Assembly: GCF_009914755.1 (NCBI RefSeq)
Contig: NC_060933.1
Direction: 5' to 3' (one strand)
Length of the DNA stretch: 64,000 nucleotides
DNA from: the human T2T-CHM13v2.0 reference genome, Homo sapiens
How positions within the stretch are numbered: the first letter of the stretch is position 1; each line of letters starts with the position of its first letter. Both the position numbers and the translations under genes were made by a program. This document shows, piece by piece, positions 58,573-64,000 of this stretch. Below the pieces are notes generated by a model. It did not search any database, was not told the origin of the DNA, and saw only the letters and a program-made list of their open reading frames with translations.

Positions 58573-58897
58573 TTTTTGTTGTTGTTGTTGTTGTTGTTGT
58601 TGTTTGTTTGTTTTTGAGATGGAGTCTCACTTCTGTCACCCAGGCTGTAATGCAGTGGTGCGATCTCGGCTCACTGCAACCTCCGCCTCCTGGGTTCAAG
58701 TGATTCTCCTGCCTCAGCCTCCTGAGCAGCTGGGATTACAGGTGCCCGCCACCATGCCCGGCTAATTTTTTGTATTTTTAGTACAGACGGGGTTTCACTG
58801 TGTTAGCCAGGATGGTCTCGATCTGCTGACCTTGTGATCCACCCACCTTGGCCTCCCAAAGTGCTGGAATTACAGGCGTGAGCCACCGTGCCCGGCC
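58573..58897 (-). mobile_element. AluS (Sc8-like) with (GTT)n tail
   Basis: Reverse dimer; TSD ggtttct(t/c)tt. Confidence 0.93.
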
Positions 58898-59229
58898 AGG
58901 TTTCTCTTATTTTCTGCTTCTCTTGCCCAAATGTAAGACAGGATTCACTGTGGCTAGCATTTGTCTTCCTCAAGGGACTAGCACCCTGTCCTCAGGACCA
59001 GTTGGGCTGGGATGGAGAAAGAAAGGATAGAGTGGAGCCTGCCACCCTGCCTAGCTTTTGCCCCAGCTTCCTTTCCTGGAGAGCTAGATCTCATCCCCAG
59101 TACCTGTGGCTTGTTGGATGGAAGCCTTTGCTAGGTTTGCCAATCCACTGCAGCCACAGAGGATGCTATCACTCATCGGTTTTGAGCAACACTTTCTTGC
59201 TGAAAACAACTACAATGTCCCACTGGAGC

Positions 59230-59405
59230 AGTGGTTCTCACTCTTGAGCGTGCGTCAGAATCACCTGGAGGGCTAGCAAAAACATAGACTGCTGGACCCC
59301 ACCCCCACGGCTTCTGATTCAGTAGATCTGAGTAGGGCTTGAGGATGTGCATTCCTTACAAGATACCAATGATGTTGGTCTGAGGATTATACTTTGAGAC
59401 CCCTA
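59230..59405 (-). mobile_element. MER5A
   Basis: cagtggttctc...tcagaatcacctggagggct...ttctgattcagtag. Confidence 0.85.
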
Positions 59406-61304
59406 AGTAGTGGACTGGACCACTTAAATGTAGAAGAAAGCCTATGTGAGGAGAGAGATAGATAGACATAAAATAAATAAAGAATACCTCATGTTTACTG
59501 AGAGCATTGTGCTAAACACTTGACATTTCTTGCTTAAGCTTCACCACCACCCTATGATGTATGTATCATTAACATCCTCACATTCCCCTTGGTAATTTTG
59601 TTGTAGTGGGTTCGCACAAGAGATGGCAAAGCTGGTTCCGACTCTTTAAACTTCATTTTTTTGTAACAACTGCAATATGTTTCCCTATTTATTGCACCTC
59701 TGCTATTCCCTGTTGGTTGAAGCAGGTCCCCCAGCCCTGCTCACGTGCCAGTTCCTTCCCTCCTCCACCATCAGTGCTGTCAAGACCACAGTATGCCTCA
59801 AAGACCAACCCAAGATATGACAATCTCTACTCTTCAGGACTTCCGATCAACAAGTATTCCCACAATGAAAATCATGTAATTTGTTAACCATAAAGTAAAC
59901 AACTGAATGAACCACTATAATTCAATATTAACCAGAGCTGTAGGTCATGGATATTGTCATTGCTTCCACTGACAGACCTCTGGCATGCTGCCTGTCTTTG
60001 GGGCATGTGTAGTTCAACAGCTAGAAGGGTGGAGATTCTTGGTCCTGAATGCGCAGTTCCCTTGAGTGTTGAATACCCAGCCCCTATCATTTTAAGATGC
60101 ACATGTTTAAACTTACCAGAGATAACAGCAAATCAAATTAAAGAACAGAGTCTCCTGAGAGACACTCAAGATGAGATGATGGATAGTCAGGGCAAGTGAA
60201 AATGGGATGGGAGCAGGAGGCAACAGTGTCATCATTCAAAGGAACCTATCATAATACAACTGTGTGTTAAGGATCTGGGGTGAAATTATTACAGTTAGAG
60301 CACATAGATTTAAATATGATGGTATTGTCAACCCTTATTTCCTTGAGGGCAGAATCTGTGTCTGAGTCATCTCCTCGGCCTTCAATCTTGAATGTTGTTT
60401 ACACATTTTAGGGGCAAATAAAAATCTAGTGATAACTGGTAGGAAAGGAAAGAAATGGAAACGAAGAAGAAAGGAAGGAAAAGAAGAAAGAAGGAAAAAA
60501 AGAAAATGGAACAGAGGAAGAAAATTGTGGCCATTGGCAAGATTTTCATTAAATCACAAAACTAGAAAACATGCTGCCTCTTCTAAACCAGCATGTCTCC
60601 TTTTTGCCTCCACTGACCAATTATATGTTCGTTTTCAATATGTGTATTAGAAACTTGTTTTTCTTTCCTCTGATATACCTAACCAACTTCTCTTTTTGTC
60701 AGTTCGCCTAAAGTTGTACATGCACAATCTTTTTAAACTATTTTTTAACTTAAAAAATAGTTAACACTCATCTCCAGATATGCTGTAAAGAAATTTTTTA
60801 ACCTCTCAATCTCTCTGCAGCCCACCCCTGCTCTCTACCTTTCTATCATTGCAATCTCTGAAAAATTGTTCATTGCAAACAATACCAGGTGCAGGTCAAT
60901 GTTCTCCAGGAAGAGAAGCAAAGAAAAGCAACCGTACTTCTTACTAAATGCTTGTTAGTGTGAAAACACAATAGATTTGATTTTTTTTCTTTTTATAAAA
61001 CCAGCCTTCAGGTCAGGTCAGCCCACACTGGATGTAAACTTGTTTTCTGACCAAGTAATGAGTCATTCTGAATAGGAGCATTAATTTATTTGCACCTCTT
61101 GGGGTAAGAGTGTGGGGATAAGTGTATCACCCAGAAGCAATCATTGAGAGTAATCGGTATGACAAGGTTAATACAGGCAACCCTTCCCTTATAACTTTGT
61201 CAAAGATTAAAACTCAAAAATTTTTTGTTAAATGTGAAGGGAGAAAAATGTACTATAACGTATCTCTCTTCTGGTTTTATGTGTATCTAACACAACAAAC
61301 GGCT

Positions 61305-61475
61305 TCCTGTGTGATAGTGGACCAGAGCAGCAGTATCACCCAGGAACTTGTTAGAAATGCAGATTCTCAGACCCCACCCCAGACCTACTGGATCAGAAAC
61401 ACTGGGGATAGGACTCCGGGGATTTCACAAGCCCTCCAAGGAATCCTAATGCATGCTACAGCCTAGAAGTCATTG
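61305..61475 (+). mobile_element. MER5A
   Basis: gaacttgttagaaatgcagattctcag...cagacctactg...acaagccctcca. Confidence 0.85.
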
Positions 61476-61672
61476 CTCTACGAGTTCCACTTTTATAAAG
61501 AATGGAGTATCAACCTTAACATGAGTTAATGAGGTCTGTGCACCTTATCGGTTTGGCTAGTGTTACAGGATCTGTGACTCTTGATAAAAGATAAGCCGAA
61601 TGCTGACCAACAGGAGGTGATCTAGCCAGAGCTCTGTGATAGAGCCATGGCCACTGAGCTTAACAATCTGAC

Positions 61673-61691
61673 CGGCCACCAGATGGCTGTT
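61673..61691 (+). promoter_or_regulatory. CTCF motif candidate
   Basis: CGGCCACCAGATGGCTGTT matches the CCASYAGRKGGC core. Confidence 0.55.
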
Positions 61692-62625
61692 TTAGCCTTC
61701 CGACTTTCATCTGACATCATCTACACCCCAGGATTGAGGAACTCTAAGAAACATCACGTGTGGACTGCCTGCCAGCCACCTGGTTTTGATTTTGCCGTGG
61801 AATAAAAATGAAGCAATTAGCTTCCTGTTGCTAAATGGACTTCTCCTGATGCTTCTTACATGAATATGTTTTCCTGTTGAGTTTTGCTGTGATGAATTTG
61901 GGGCTTTATTGTCCCATCCAACATTCCACACTCCTAATAAATACAAAGGTTGGCTCTGTTTTAAGGATCTGAAGCTACTAACATCACCCCACCCTGTATC
62001 TGGCCAATATGGAGCTGTCCATACCTAATATGACAGCTGCAAAACTCACAAAAATAAATCTAAGTTATTTTCCACTTACTAATTTAGCTACTTCTCCCAG
62101 ATACTAATTCTTTCTGATCCATATTATTTATGTTACAATAAACAAATCAGTTTTACTGAAGAAAAGATTGATATTTACTTTATTTCTCCAATAAATAGGA
62201 TAAGTAGAGTAGAGTAGGGTAGAGTTGGGAGAATGTAGACTGAGCTTTTTTTCTCCTTCATATGTATATTTTTACTTCTATCTGTACATGCAGAGATATA
62301 AATATTATCTATATATCATTTTGGAAATAGCTGGTAAAAATATTAATTTCACAAAATATTACATTTGGTTCTCAAATATGCATTAACTTCACCTACCTCT
62401 GGAATTTTTAACAAATCTCTTTTTTCACAACTTCCTTATTTTCTCAGATTCTGGTCCTAACTGCCTTTGCAGCATCTCTGTGCAAAATCATAATATGTTT
62501 TATGTTTTACTGTAAAATTATTTTCAGTACTTCAAAGTTACAATTCCTTGATAACACACATCTATGTTTCTGTACAGCAACAGAAGACATGTTTCTACCA
62601 GTCTCTATGGGATTCCCCCAAACTC

Positions 62626-62626
62626 T

Positions 62627-62671
<45 letters not shown>

Positions 62672-62702
62672 AGAGAGAGAGAGAGAGCAAGAGAGAGAGA
62701 GA
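62626..62702. repeat. Compound (TG)n(GA)n microsatellite
   Basis: Seen directly; longest STR in the window. Confidence 0.95.
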
Positions 62703-62964
62703 AAATGCTTGCGCAAACAGACAACCTTAAGATGTCCTTAATTCAAGTAATTTTTACAAGTACTAAAAGTCATAATAACATAGTCTTAGCCTTCTACTCT
62801 TGGAGAAGTCATGTCATGGGCACATTCATGTATAAGGGGATTCTTTCCTGAGAACATTGGGTAGCTAATTTCTCAGGAATGTGGTGCTGAGAATCATCTA
62901 CAATCAATGATAAATGTTTGTATGATTAAACAAAAGTCTAGATGAATGAATTAAGAATGTATGA

Positions 62965-63325
62965 GGCTTGGCACGGTAGCTCATGTCTGTAATCCCAGCA
63001 CTTTGGGAGGCTGTGGCAGGAGGATCACTTGAGCCCAGGAGCTCAAGATCAGCCTAGGCAGCACAGGAAGGCTCCAGCTCTACAAAAGAAAAAAAATAAC
63101 GGGGCATGGTGATGTGAGCCTGTAGTCCCAGCTAATCAGGAAGCTGAAGTGAGAGGATCATGAGATCCCAGGAGTTTAAGGCTGCAGTGAGCTATGATCA
63201 CACCACTGTACTCCAGCCTGGGCAACAAAGCAAGATGCTGTTGAAAGAAAGAAGGAAAGGAAAGGAGGGAGGGAGGGAAGGAGGGAGGGAGGGATAAATG
63301 AAGGAAGGAAAAAAAGGAAGGAAAG
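62965..63325 (+). mobile_element. AluJ with tail expanded into (GGAA/GGGA)n
   Basis: J-type dimer to ~63243, then purine-rich simple repeat. Confidence 0.88.
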
Positions 63326-64000
63326 ATAAATGGAATACTAGCAGCTAAATTTGTTGCTGTGGCTAGAGGCCACCCTGGACAATACATTTAAATAATGTGT
63401 GTGTTTTCTTGCACTTTTCCTAACAGTTCTTTCCTGCTTCATGATAACCACCCATGGGGCTCTCAGGGATGAATGCTCAGAGCCCTCACTTTCTCCTATG
63501 CCCCCATCCCCTGCTGCAGTGCCTTTCCATGGCCAGCCTTCCAGAAGCGGACACAAGCATAAGATGACATAGACTGCTCAAAACCCGCCATGAAAGCTAA
63601 ACCCAGAGCAAAGCTGACTCCCGTCTCTGAGCCACAGGATGCCAAGGACAAGCCAGGTATAAATCACTTCTTCCCTAGGGCATTCAGGAAAATATTACCA
63701 GCAAAGAAATAATTTCCATCACCTTAGGCATTGGGTGGAAAATGGAAACAGGGTTGGGAGGAAGTGAAGGCAGGAAATAAAGCTGCCTTCATCCTGCCAT
63801 GGGGCAGAGAGATTAAAAAGATGAAAGAAAAAAGCTTGAAAATGAATTCCTTAACCTTGGAGGACTAAAAGAAAGAGCCTACAGGGAAGACACTCAGAAT
63901 GTGGATACAGAAAACCAAATAAAGCAATATTAAAATAGATTTCCCTAAAAATCTGCTGGTTTCATTTTTGTTATTGGCTTATAAGCCAGTGTTTACATGT

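Overview
Primate (human-like) genomic DNA, about 40-50% interspersed repeats by eye, with one CpG island at ~20.7-21.7 kb. On the minus strand the island contains the first coding exon of TRPM3 ([14 protein letters not shown]...SQQTP, 61 codons, 21281-21099, phase-0 GTGAGT donor). I recognise this from memory as the upstream 'alpha-type' exon 1 of the TRPM3 cation channel (9q21). Bases 1-21098 are the start of its very long intron 1; ~21.5-64 kb is upstream flank. All other ORFs in the track are Alu-, L1-, LTR- or GC-derived noise. I found no convincing new multi-gene system. The best leads are regulatory and evolutionary: a second, stronger-context in-frame AUG in exon 1; a near-perfect RFX X-box inside a 22-bp palindrome ~1.1 kb upstream of the promoter; hints of a divergent spliced (+ strand) transcript; two antisense THE1 LTRs with intact DUX4 motifs; a TSD-less AluY sitting where ~1 kb of an old L1 ORF2 is missing; a TSD-flanked chimeric retro-insertion; and several nested transposon stacks with readable target-site duplications. 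Repeat subfamily names are from recalled consensus sequences, and boundaries without a stated TSD are approximate.
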